Part shown: positions 9,419 through 19,743 of the stretch, in pieces
Layout: each line of letters starts with the position of its first letter
Position numbering within the stretch: the stretch's first letter is position 1
Origin: Myxococcota bacterium
GTDB taxonomy: Bacteria > Myxococcota_A > Polyangia > Nannocystales > Nannocystaceae
Direction: 5' to 3'
NCBI GenBank assembly: GCA_039028615.1
Contig: JBCCHT010000013.1
Span: 128,001-192,000, forward strand
DNA: 64,000 nucleotides
Notes under the pieces: generated by a model
What the model saw: only the letters and a program-made list of their open reading frames with translations
Database searches by the model: none
What the model was told of the DNA's origin: nothing
Translations under genes and position numbers: made by a program

Positions 9419-11496
9419 GCGAGCCGTCGCCGCCCTCCGAGGGCATGTTCTCGGCGCCCGCGTCCAGCGTAGGGCGGCGTCGGACCGCGCCTCGGGCCGA
9501 GCACACGAGCGACGTGCTGCGCTTCCGTGGCGTGTTGGTGGCGGCCGTGGGCGCAGCGTTGGCCATCGTGGCGGCGGTGGTGGGCAGCGTCGATCCGGTG
9601 CGCAGTCGATCTCCGGGGCCCTTGTCTCGCCCCCACGTCGCGGCGCAGCTGAGCTGTGCGAGCTGCCACGTGGACGAACAACCGATCGTGGACCAGTGCG
9701 TCGGGTGCCATGGTCCGCACCCCTCGGTGCGACCGGGTCATCGACGCCTGGCGCAGGCAGGCACCCTACGCTGCTACGACTGCCATGCGGTCCATGTCGA
9801 CAACGGCGGCGTGGCGTTCACGCCCGAGGGCGCCGTGTGGCGCTATGGCCCGGGGTCCGAGCAGCGCGTCCCGGACCTGCCGGGGCCCAGCGAGCTGGCG
9901 AAGGAACAGCGCGTGCCCGTGGTGCCCTTGGCTCGTTGCGCCCGCTGCCATCGCACCAACGCCCCGCTCGATCCGATGGGGCGCTGCGCCATCGGGTCCG
10001 ACGAGCAACTCGGGGAGGCGCGCCCCACCGTGTGCTTCGACGAACATCGAGCCTTTGCCACCGACGCGTTTTCCGGGGGCGAAGCGGTCTACGAGCGCTC
10101 CCGGCTGTGGGCGGTCGCCCGCGAGGCGGTCGCCCGAGTGCCCGTGCTGCCCCCACCGAAACGCGAAGGCCCCGGCTCCTGGTGGTGGCTCTTGCTCGCA
10201 GGCGGCGTCGGTCTGCTGTCCTGGGGCATGGTGCGGATCGGGGCTCGGTGGTTCGGGCGCCGGACAACCTCCACCACGACCACCCCGGTCGAGCCCCCCA
10301 AGATCCGCCGACTCCCGCAGATCGACACCACGACGTGCATTGGCTGCCACGCCTGCGTCGATGCCTGCCCCTACGACGTGCTCGAGGTCCGCAGCTTCGT
10401 GGCCCACGTCGTGCGCCCCGACGATTGCTGCGGGCTGACCCTGTGCGAGCAACGCTGCCCCAACGGCTCGCTGGTGATCACCGATGGCGAGCCCATCGAA
10501 GACCGCCCCCGCGTCGACGAGCACCTCCAGTCCATCGACACGCCTGGGGTCTTCGTGGCCGGCGACCTCACCGGGCTGCCGCTCATCCGCAACGCGATCA
10601 ACCAGGGCTCGCAGGCGGCCGCGGCCGCGATCGAGAGCCTCCGCGGCGAGCCCCGGTCCGGCGATGCGGAGCGGCTCGACCTGCTGATCGTGGGCTCGGG
10701 CCCGGCCGGGCTCAGCGCGTCCTTGGCCGCGACCGAAGCCAACCTGAAGTACGCCACCCTCGAGCAGGGCAGCGTGGCCGAGAGCATCCAGTCGTTCCCG
10801 CGCGGCAAGCTCGTGTTCGATCAGCCCCTGGGGCTGCCGCTCGAGGGCGATCTGTGGCTGCGCGAGTCGACCAAAGAAGAGCTGCTGGGGCAGTGGCGCC
10901 GCATCATTCGCGCCCGCGGGCTGGCCATCCACGAGCACACCCGCGTGGTCTCCATCGATGCGCGGCCCGGCGAGCATCCCTCGTTCGAGATCGAGGCCAG
11001 CACCCACGAGGGCCCACGGCAGTGGCGAGCGCGTCGGGTGATCCTCGCGCTCGGCCGCCGCGGGACGCCGCGCAAGCTCGCCGTGTCCATCCCCGAGGCG
11101 GTGGCGTCCCGGGTGCACTACAGCATGGCCGACGCCCGCAGCTTCGCCGGCCAGCGGGTGGTGGTGGTGGGGCTCGGTGACGTGGCCATGGAGGCCGCGG
11201 TGGCGCTGGCGCGACAGCCCGGCACCACCGTCACGATCTCGTATCGGGGCGACGACTTCCGCCGCGGCAAGGGGCGCAACATCGAGCAGGTCCAGCGCCT
11301 GGTGGCAGCGGAGCGCATCGACCTACGCCTGGGCACCGAGGTCCAGGCGGTGACCGAAGACGCCGTGACCCTCAGCCACGCGGACGGGCCCGTCGAGCTG
11401 CCCTGGGACACGCTGCTGGTCATGATCGGCTCCAAGGCGCCTTGGGCCTTTCTGGAAGCGGCAGGGGTCCGACGCGGCCGCGCGCCGTCGCTTTGA
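9415..11496 (+). CDS. Tetraheme cytochrome c + TM + 2x[4Fe-4S] ferredoxin + TrxR/FNR-like FAD/NADPH oxidoreductase
   Basis: SPGPLSRPH..CASCH, CVGCH, CYDCH, CARCH; TM WWWLLLAGGVGLLSWG; CIGCHACVDACP / CCGLTLCEQRCP; TPGVFVAGD, GSGPAG, GLGDVA, SYRG; GTG start overlaps upstream TGA. Confidence 0.88.
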   Translation: MSEPSPPSEGMFSAPASSVGRRRTAPRAEHTSDVLRFRGVLVAAVGAALAIVAAVVGSVDPVRSRSPGPLSRPHVAAQLSCASCHVDEQPIVDQCVGCHGPHPSVRPGHRRLAQAGTLRCYDCHAVHVDNGGVAFTPEGAVWRYGPGSEQRVPDLPGPSELAKEQRVPVVPLARCARCHRTNAPLDPMGRCAIGSDEQLGEARPTVCFDEHRAFATDAFSGGEAVYERSRLWAVAREAVARVPVLPPPKREGPGSWWWLLLAGGVGLLSWGMVRIGARWFGRRTTSTTTTPVEPPKIRRLPQIDTTTCIGCHACVDACPYDVLEVRSFVAHVVRPDDCCGLTLCEQRCPNGSLVITDGEPIEDRPRVDEHLQSIDTPGVFVAGDLTGLPLIRNAINQGSQAAAAAIESLRGEPRSGDAERLDLLIVGSGPAGLSASLAATEANLKYATLEQGSVAESIQSFPRGKLVFDQPLGLPLEGDLWLRESTKEELLGQWRRIIRARGLAIHEHTRVVSIDARPGEHPSFEIEASTHEGPRQWRARRVILALGRRGTPRKLAVSIPEAVASRVHYSMADARSFAGQRVVVVGLGDVAMEAAVALARQPGTTVTISYRGDDFRRGKGRNIEQVQRLVAAERIDLRLGTEVQAVTEDAVTLSHADGPVELPWDTLLVMIGSKAPWAFLEAAGVRRGRAPSL

Positions 11497-11638
11497 CGGG
11501 CCCCGAAGTCCGGTCGACGCCGTGCCTCCAGCTGGCGTAAAATGCGCAAACGCTTGGTGTCGCAGGCCCGTCAGATCGACGGTGCTCGTCGTGCGTATCG
11601 ACCTCCGGGCGCGTTTGTTGCGCAAGGGAGTCGTCACC

Positions 11639-13147
11639 ATGAAGCTCGGGACCGTCGCGTTGCTCTCCACCTTGGGGATGGCCCTCACCAGTATGAGCGT
11701 GTGGGCCCTGACCCCGCCGACGGGCGGCCAATCGGGTTCTCCGGCCCCGCAAACGGCTGCCGCGGCGGTCCGGCCCTCCACCGGGGGCGGCGGAGGGGGC
11801 AGCTTGCTCGCCGATCTCGTGGGGGGCTCCGACGGCGCGACCTTCACCTCGGGCTCGACCCTCATGCTCGAGGGGCGCCTGGGTCATCCCACCGTCGATG
11901 GCGCCCGCGACAACGAGACCTTCCTGATGCTCAACGTGGCCGCGGCCGCCGAGGAGCTGGCCTCGACGCCAGCCCCGGTCAACCTCTCCATCGTCATCGA
12001 TCGCTCCCGCTCGATGGAGGGTCGACGCCTCGACAATGCTCTGTCCGCCGCACGGGGCATGATTCGCCGCCTTCGCGATGGCGACACGGTCAGCGTCGTC
12101 ACCTACAACACCGACACCTCGGTGGTGGTCCCGGCCACCGTGCTCGACCGCCGCACCCGCGAGAGCGTGCTGTTCTCGTTGCGTGGCGTCGAGGCCCGCG
12201 GCCATACCTGCATCTCCTGCGGCATCGAGACCGGCCTCGACACCATGGGCCAGCGCCCCGGGGTCTCCCGCATGCTGCTGCTCAGCGACGGCGAGGCCAA
12301 CTCGGGCATTCGCGACGTGCCGGGCTTCCGCACCCTGGCCGAGAAGGCCCGCAGCCGCGAGGTCGCCATCAGCTCCATCGGCGTCGACGTCGACTACAAC
12401 GAGCGAGTCATGTTCGCGGTGGCCCAAAGCTCCAACGGCCGCCACTACTTCGTGGAGAACGAGGCCGGGCTACCTCGCATCTTCGACGAAGAGCTCGACA
12501 GTCTGGTCCGCACGGTAGCCAACCGGGCCGAGGTCGAGGTCGACCTGGCGCCGGGCGTGGAGGTCCTCGAGGTGCTCGACCGCAGCTTCACCCGCGATGG
12601 CAACCGAGTCTTTGTGCCCTTTGGTGCCTTCGCGATGGGGGACACCAAGACCCTGCTCATGCGGGTGAGGGTCCCTCGCGGTCAGTCGGGCGACCTGCCC
12701 GTGGCCGAGGTGAAGATGCGCTACGAAGACCTCACCCGGTCTCGCCCCGGTCTTTGCGAGGGCTCGCTCATCGCCCAGCGCACCGACGATCCGGCGAAGG
12801 CCGATCCCCTCGATCCGATCGTCGAGGCCCGGCTGGCGCGGGCCGAGACCGGCGCCGCGCTGCGTCGCGCCAACGAGCTGTTCAACGAGGGCGACATCGA
12901 AGGGGCCCGACGCACGCTGGGCAGCAGCACCGGTCGCATTCAGAAGCGCCGTCGGGCCAGCCGCAACAAGGCGAAGAAGGCGGATCAGCCCCTGCTCGAC
13001 CAGGACTTCGAGCGTCAGCTCAGCACGCTCGAGCAAGCGCAGAAGGGCTTCGAGGAGGCGGCCTCCGAGGCCGCGCCGACCAGCAGTCGCCGCGGCAAGG
13101 CCCAGGTGCGGAGCAACGCCAGCTCTCTGGACGAACTCGGCCTGTAG
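11639..13147 (+). CDS. Secreted VWA-domain protein (YfbK / Ca-activated chloride channel homolog-like)
   Basis: Signal peptide; MIDAS VIDRSRSM, T, LLSDGEAN; SD-like AAGGGAG upstream of ATG 11639. Confidence 0.88.
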   Translation: MKLGTVALLSTLGMALTSMSVWALTPPTGGQSGSPAPQTAAAAVRPSTGGGGGGSLLADLVGGSDGATFTSGSTLMLEGRLGHPTVDGARDNETFLMLNVAAAAEELASTPAPVNLSIVIDRSRSMEGRRLDNALSAARGMIRRLRDGDTVSVVTYNTDTSVVVPATVLDRRTRESVLFSLRGVEARGHTCISCGIETGLDTMGQRPGVSRMLLLSDGEANSGIRDVPGFRTLAEKARSREVAISSIGVDVDYNERVMFAVAQSSNGRHYFVENEAGLPRIFDEELDSLVRTVANRAEVEVDLAPGVEVLEVLDRSFTRDGNRVFVPFGAFAMGDTKTLLMRVRVPRGQSGDLPVAEVKMRYEDLTRSRPGLCEGSLIAQRTDDPAKADPLDPIVEARLARAETGAALRRANELFNEGDIEGARRTLGSSTGRIQKRRRASRNKAKKADQPLLDQDFERQLSTLEQAQKGFEEAASEAAPTSSRRGKAQVRSNASSLDELGL

Positions 13148-13318
13148 CGGCCGGGTGCTCACGGTGCCGCGGCGGAGCGAGCGGCCGCGGTTCGGATGGT
13201 AGGCGACTGTGGGCGAGGGGACGGGCCGCCGTCTGAACACGGACGAGCCTCACGCACGGATTTGTCGCGCTTGCCCTGGTCTTTGGGCCAGGGGCAGGTA
13301 TCATCGTGCGCCCGAACC

Positions 13319-13777
13319 ATGCAGGTCGCAGTCGGAAAAGACGTCGAAGCAGTCTGTCGCAAGTGTGGCGAGGTCTGGCACGTCATCGTAGCCGTCGAGA
13401 CGGGCAAGATCATGAAGGTCCAATGCAAGCAATGCATGGCCTATCACCGCTACAAGCCCCCCGAGGGTGAGGCCCGGGTCGATGCCGCCCCGCGCCGCCG
13501 CGCCGCGTCGAGCTCCACCGCCACCAAGAAGAAGACGACTCGGAAGAAGACGGCGAAGAAGAAGGCGAAGAAGTCGCCCTACGACGAGCCGCTGACCGAG
13601 CCCGATCTTTCGCGGCCGATTCGGCCCTACAACATGAACGATCGCTACCAGCCGGGTGATCGCGTGCAGCACCGCAAGTTCGGCGAGGGCGTGGTCGAGA
13701 TCATCACCGGCCAGGGCAAGATGAACGTCTTCTTCGAGGACGGCCGCAAGACCTTGGCCCACGACCGGGGCGGCTAG
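13319..13777 (+). CDS. Zn-ribbon + Lys-rich linker + PcrA/UvrD C-terminal Tudor-like domain protein
   Basis: CRKC...CKQC; KKKTTRKKTAKKKAKK; YQPGDRVQHRKFGEGVV...VFFEDGRKTL. Confidence 0.75.
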   Translation: MQVAVGKDVEAVCRKCGEVWHVIVAVETGKIMKVQCKQCMAYHRYKPPEGEARVDAAPRRRAASSSTATKKKTTRKKTAKKKAKKSPYDEPLTEPDLSRPIRPYNMNDRYQPGDRVQHRKFGEGVVEIITGQGKMNVFFEDGRKTLAHDRGG

Positions 13778-13858
13778 TCGCCTCAGCTCGTCTCATCGTT
13801 GCCGCCGTCGGGCCCGTCGTGACCCGCGGCGGCTTCGCAATTGGCCTCGGGGCGTCGC

Positions 13859-14980
13859 CTACGGGTACTGGGCCCGCAGGTCCAGGGCGTCGAAGTAGCC
13901 GTCGCAGAAGCTGCCGGCCGCCTTGCGGCAGTTGGCCTCGACACGAATGGTGCGGGTGCCCGCGGGGACGATCCGGGACTCGTCGAATTGCGTCCACGCG
14001 TTCGTCGACGTCCAGTCCATGGTCCACGTCTCGAGGTTCGCTCCGCCGCCGTCGCGGTAGAAGATGCGGAAGCGGATCTCGTCGTTGTTGAATTCGAGCG
14101 AGCGAGCGAAGCCGCTGAAGGCAAAGCGCATGGCCCCCGCATCGATGGTGGCCGCCCACGCGTCGGCGGCCACGTCCTGTCGTAGCCGGAACGCTTCGTT
14201 GTTGGGGCCCCCGGCGGCCACGATGAAGTTCGAGCCTTCCTGCGGGGTGAGCCAGCCTCCCGTGGTCCAGCCCCCGACCACCGCGGTCCAACTCAGCGGG
14301 GGCTCGCCTCCGTCCTCCCCGCCGGGGTTGGCCAGCAAGTTGCCGCTCTGGCCCTGTCCGCCGCCGCTGAGGGGCCGCTCGGCGTCGCTGGCCGCGTCGT
14401 AGGACACGGCGACCATGCCGTCGTAAAGGCCCAGATCCTGCGGGCTGAAGCGAACCTCCAGCGTGCACTCCTCCCCCGGATCGAGGGTCTCGCCACACGA
14501 GCCTCCGTTGCCGGGGTAGCTGCCCCCGTTGAAGTCGAAGTCGGCGCCCGTGGTCGAGCCCGACATGCCCGTCGCCGTCCCGTCGCCACCGTTGGTCACG
14601 GTGAACACGTGGAGTTCTTGCTGCTGGATCGGCACGTTGCCGAAATCGAAGACCGAGCCGTCGGAAATCTCGAGGGCGGCGGCCCCTGGATCGTCTCCGG
14701 TGCCCACGGTGGTGTCTTCGCCGGGGCCCGTGTCGGGATCGGTGGTCGCGGGCGGGGGGTCGTCGTCGTTACCCGTGCCTGCGGGGGCAGTGGAGGAACC
14801 GTCATTGCCGGGGGTGTCGCTCGTGGCCATCCCCATGCTGGTCGCGCTCGAAGTCGCTCCGTCCGAAGTACTGCCGACCGGGTCGCCCACGGTATTGGCC
14901 GCGGCTGTGCCCGCCCCATCCGCGTTGAGCTGACACGCCATCAATGGAAGCAGCAAGCATGTCCCGCAATACAGTCGCAT
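13859..14980 (-). CDS. Lipoprotein: Ser/Thr/Gly linker + choice-of-anchor D (Ig-like) + FBA/galactose-binding-like domain
   Basis: Lipobox LMAC; FDFGNV...FTVTNGG...CGETLDPGEECTLEVRFSP; NLLANPGGEDG...W...VPAGTRTIRV. Confidence 0.75.
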   Translation of the reverse strand: MRLYCGTCLLLPLMACQLNADGAGTAAANTVGDPVGSTSDGATSSATSMGMATSDTPGNDGSSTAPAGTGNDDDPPPATTDPDTGPGEDTTVGTGDDPGAAALEISDGSVFDFGNVPIQQQELHVFTVTNGGDGTATGMSGSTTGADFDFNGGSYPGNGGSCGETLDPGEECTLEVRFSPQDLGLYDGMVAVSYDAASDAERPLSGGGQGQSGNLLANPGGEDGGEPPLSWTAVVGGWTTGGWLTPQEGSNFIVAAGGPNNEAFRLRQDVAADAWAATIDAGAMRFAFSGFARSLEFNNDEIRFRIFYRDGGGANLETWTMDWTSTNAWTQFDESRIVPAGTRTIRVEANCRKAAGSFCDGYFDALDLRAQYP

Positions 14981-15084
14981 CTAGCCATGAACGTACCATG
15001 GCCGGCCGTCGGATGGCCCTGCGCGGCCCATCCGTGGCTCGATTGTCGACGCGGGTGACGAAATTCGAGTGGGCCAGCTCGACG

Positions 15085-15396
15085 CTAGGACTTGCTGCCG
15101 CCACGACATGGCGGTGAGTCGGGGATCTGCTCCCCCCGGTCGGACCATTGCTTGCGGGTATAGGCGTGGATCGACAGTGCGTGCACGCTGCCCGCGAGTT
15201 CGTCGGCCAGGGCCGCGTTGATTTTGCGGTGGCGGCGCACGAGCGGCACACCATCGAAGCCGTCGGCGACGATGAGGACCTTGAAGTGGCTCTCGGTCGC
15301 CGGCCCGCTGTGCATGTGGCTCTCGTTGATCACCTCGAGGGCGGCGGGCGCCAGGGCGTCCACGAGCTTGTCGTAGATCTGCTGCTGCATCGACAT
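15085..15396 (-). CDS. bolA: BolA family protein
   Basis: LEVINESHMH, ESHFKVLIV, RHRKIN, VHALSIH, SPPCRGG. Confidence 0.95.
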   Translation of the reverse strand: MSMQQQIYDKLVDALAPAALEVINESHMHSGPATESHFKVLIVADGFDGVPLVRRHRKINAALADELAGSVHALSIHAYTRKQWSDRGEQIPDSPPCRGGSKS

Positions 15397-15409
15397 GGGG
15401 CGCCGTTCC

Positions 15410-17677
<2,268 letters not shown>

Positions 17678-17881
17678 GGGCGGTCCCCAGTCGCGTCCTG
17701 ACCGACCGGTAGGCAGTGCGACTTCCGGGCCTATACCATAGGTCAGAGGCTCTGGCCCGGGTTTGTTCCGCGAATCGGCGCTCGCTCGCAGCTAGCGCCG
17801 AACTGGCAGTGGAGCTACTGTGAAAGAGATTGCCGACCATGGCGTGACCGCGCAGCATGCGCCAAGTACGATGAACCACCT

Positions 17882-19303
17882 GTGCCGGACCTCCTGCTGA
17901 TCAGCGATTTGCACCTGGGATCGCACCTGCGGCCTCGCATGCGAGGCGAGTGGGTGCACCTGGCGTCGCGCATCGAAGAGAGCTTCCCGCGCTTCGTGGA
18001 TCACTACCTCCGCGGCGGCCAGTGGCAGCTGATCATCAACGGGGATTTCATCGACTTCTGGAACGTGGATCTACCCGATCACGCGGGGGAGACGGGCGAG
18101 TCGCTGGCCGTCCGCCAGCTGCATGCCGTGTTCGATGCCCATCCCCGCGTCGAGGATGCGCTGGCCCGCTACCTCAAGTCGGGCTCGGGCATCGTGTTCG
18201 TGGCGGGCAATCACGACGCGGAGCTGCTGTACGCGGGCGTTCGCGAGGCGCTGGTCGAGCGCCTCGAGGGGGCCATGGACGACGATGACGACGACGGAGA
18301 CGCCAGCGCGACCCGGACGGGCATGGTGCGGCTCGATGCGATGCCCCCGGGTCGCATCCGCTTCGTGCGGTGGTTTCTGCGCGAGGAGGGCGGCGCCTGG
18401 ATCGAACACGGGCACAAGTTCGACGCCTCGTGTGCCACTCCGGCCGCGCTTTCGCCCACGCGGGGCGGAGCCTTGGTGCAGACGGTGGCCGAGGTCGCCA
18501 CGCGGCACTTCTCCAACCTGACGCCCGAGATCGACTACGACGTCGCCGACAAGTTCTCGGGCATGGACTATGTCCGCTGGGCGCTGGCTCGGGGCTGGCG
18601 GTTCCTCGTGCGGGTGGTGCTGCTGTATCTGCGCATGATGGGGCGGGTTCTGCAGTGGTGGGCGGCGACCGGTCGGGTCGACGAGGCCGCCCAGCGGACC
18701 CACGACGAGCGCATGGCCAAAGTGGCCGCCAACGCGGGGCTCCAGATGAGTGCCCTGACCGCGCTGGAGAACATGGCCCCGCCGCCCAGCGTGACCACCG
18801 TGGGCGGCTTTCTCACCGTGACCGCGCTGGACTACTTGCTGTCCATCTTCTTGCCCACGCCCATCTTGATGCTCGTGGCGGTGCTGTTCGGCGCCTCGGC
18901 GCTGTGGGGCTTGCTCGGCGGTTTGGCGATGACCGCCTGCCTCGTGACCTGGATCCAACGCGCCCGCAAGCCTCGCGATGTCGCGCGGGACATGGCCGAA
19001 GTGGCGGCGGGCGTGGGCCATGTGACCCAGGTGCCGCTGGTCTTGATGGGCCATAGCCACCGCGGCGAGCTCGAGCGGCAAGGGGACGTCATCTATGCCA
19101 ACAGCGGCAGCTGGCTCGATGGATCCCACCTCGTGGTGAGGCGCGATCGCGAGAGTGGTCGGCTGGTCGAAGTCGAGCTGCGACAGTGGCGCAATGGGGG
19201 GATCACCCGCGTGGACGCAATGGATGTACCGCACCCTGCAACGGCGTCCGTCGCCGAGGAGGCCGCCGTAGAGACCCTCGATCCGGTGGCTCGGGCGGGG
19301 TGA
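17882..19303 (+). CDS. Calcineurin-like metallophosphoesterase with inserted TM helices
   Basis: ISDLHLG, NGDFID, GNHD, EHGH, MGHSH, YANSGSW. Confidence 0.85.
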   Translation: MPDLLLISDLHLGSHLRPRMRGEWVHLASRIEESFPRFVDHYLRGGQWQLIINGDFIDFWNVDLPDHAGETGESLAVRQLHAVFDAHPRVEDALARYLKSGSGIVFVAGNHDAELLYAGVREALVERLEGAMDDDDDDGDASATRTGMVRLDAMPPGRIRFVRWFLREEGGAWIEHGHKFDASCATPAALSPTRGGALVQTVAEVATRHFSNLTPEIDYDVADKFSGMDYVRWALARGWRFLVRVVLLYLRMMGRVLQWWAATGRVDEAAQRTHDERMAKVAANAGLQMSALTALENMAPPPSVTTVGGFLTVTALDYLLSIFLPTPILMLVAVLFGASALWGLLGGLAMTACLVTWIQRARKPRDVARDMAEVAAGVGHVTQVPLVLMGHSHRGELERQGDVIYANSGSWLDGSHLVVRRDRESGRLVEVELRQWRNGGITRVDAMDVPHPATASVAEEAAVETLDPVARAG

Positions 19304-19360
19304 CGGACTGCCCGCGGTTGTGCGATGGTCGGGGTCCAATCCGGGAGACTCTGAGTCGAC

Positions 19361-19735
19361 GTGACGGGCAACGCGAAGAAGATCTTGGTCATCGAGGACG
19401 ACGCGTCCGTACGCACCCTGCTGTCGAAATCGCTGCGCGCCAAAGGCTACGACGTCGAGACCTGCGATGACGGCCTCGACGGCCTGACGCGGCTCGAGAG
19501 CACGCGGCCGGACCTCATCATCGTCGACATCATGATGCCGCGGCTCGACGGGATGACCTTCGTCAAGGCGATCAAGGGCAACCAGGCCACGCAGCCGATT
19601 CCCATCGTGTTCCTGACCGCGAACAACGATCCCAAGACGATGATCGCGGGCATCAACCTCGGCGCCCGGTACTACGTCACCAAGCCGTTCCAGCTCGACG
19701 ACCTGCTCGGCAAGGTGAAAAAAGCGATCGGCTGA
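19361..19735 (+). CDS. Single-domain response regulator (CheY-like)
   Basis: VIEDD, VDIMMPRLDG, FLTA, YVTKPF. Confidence 0.95.
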   Translation: MTGNAKKILVIEDDASVRTLLSKSLRAKGYDVETCDDGLDGLTRLESTRPDLIIVDIMMPRLDGMTFVKAIKGNQATQPIPIVFLTANNDPKTMIAGINLGARYYVTKPFQLDDLLGKVKKAIG

Positions 19736-19743
19736 CGCCGGGC

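Noticed and set aside
10336..10350. CIGCH as a fifth heme-binding motif in the 9415-11496 protein
   Set aside because: It is part of the ferredoxin motif CxxCxxCxxxCP and lies after the second TM, on the predicted cytoplasmic side
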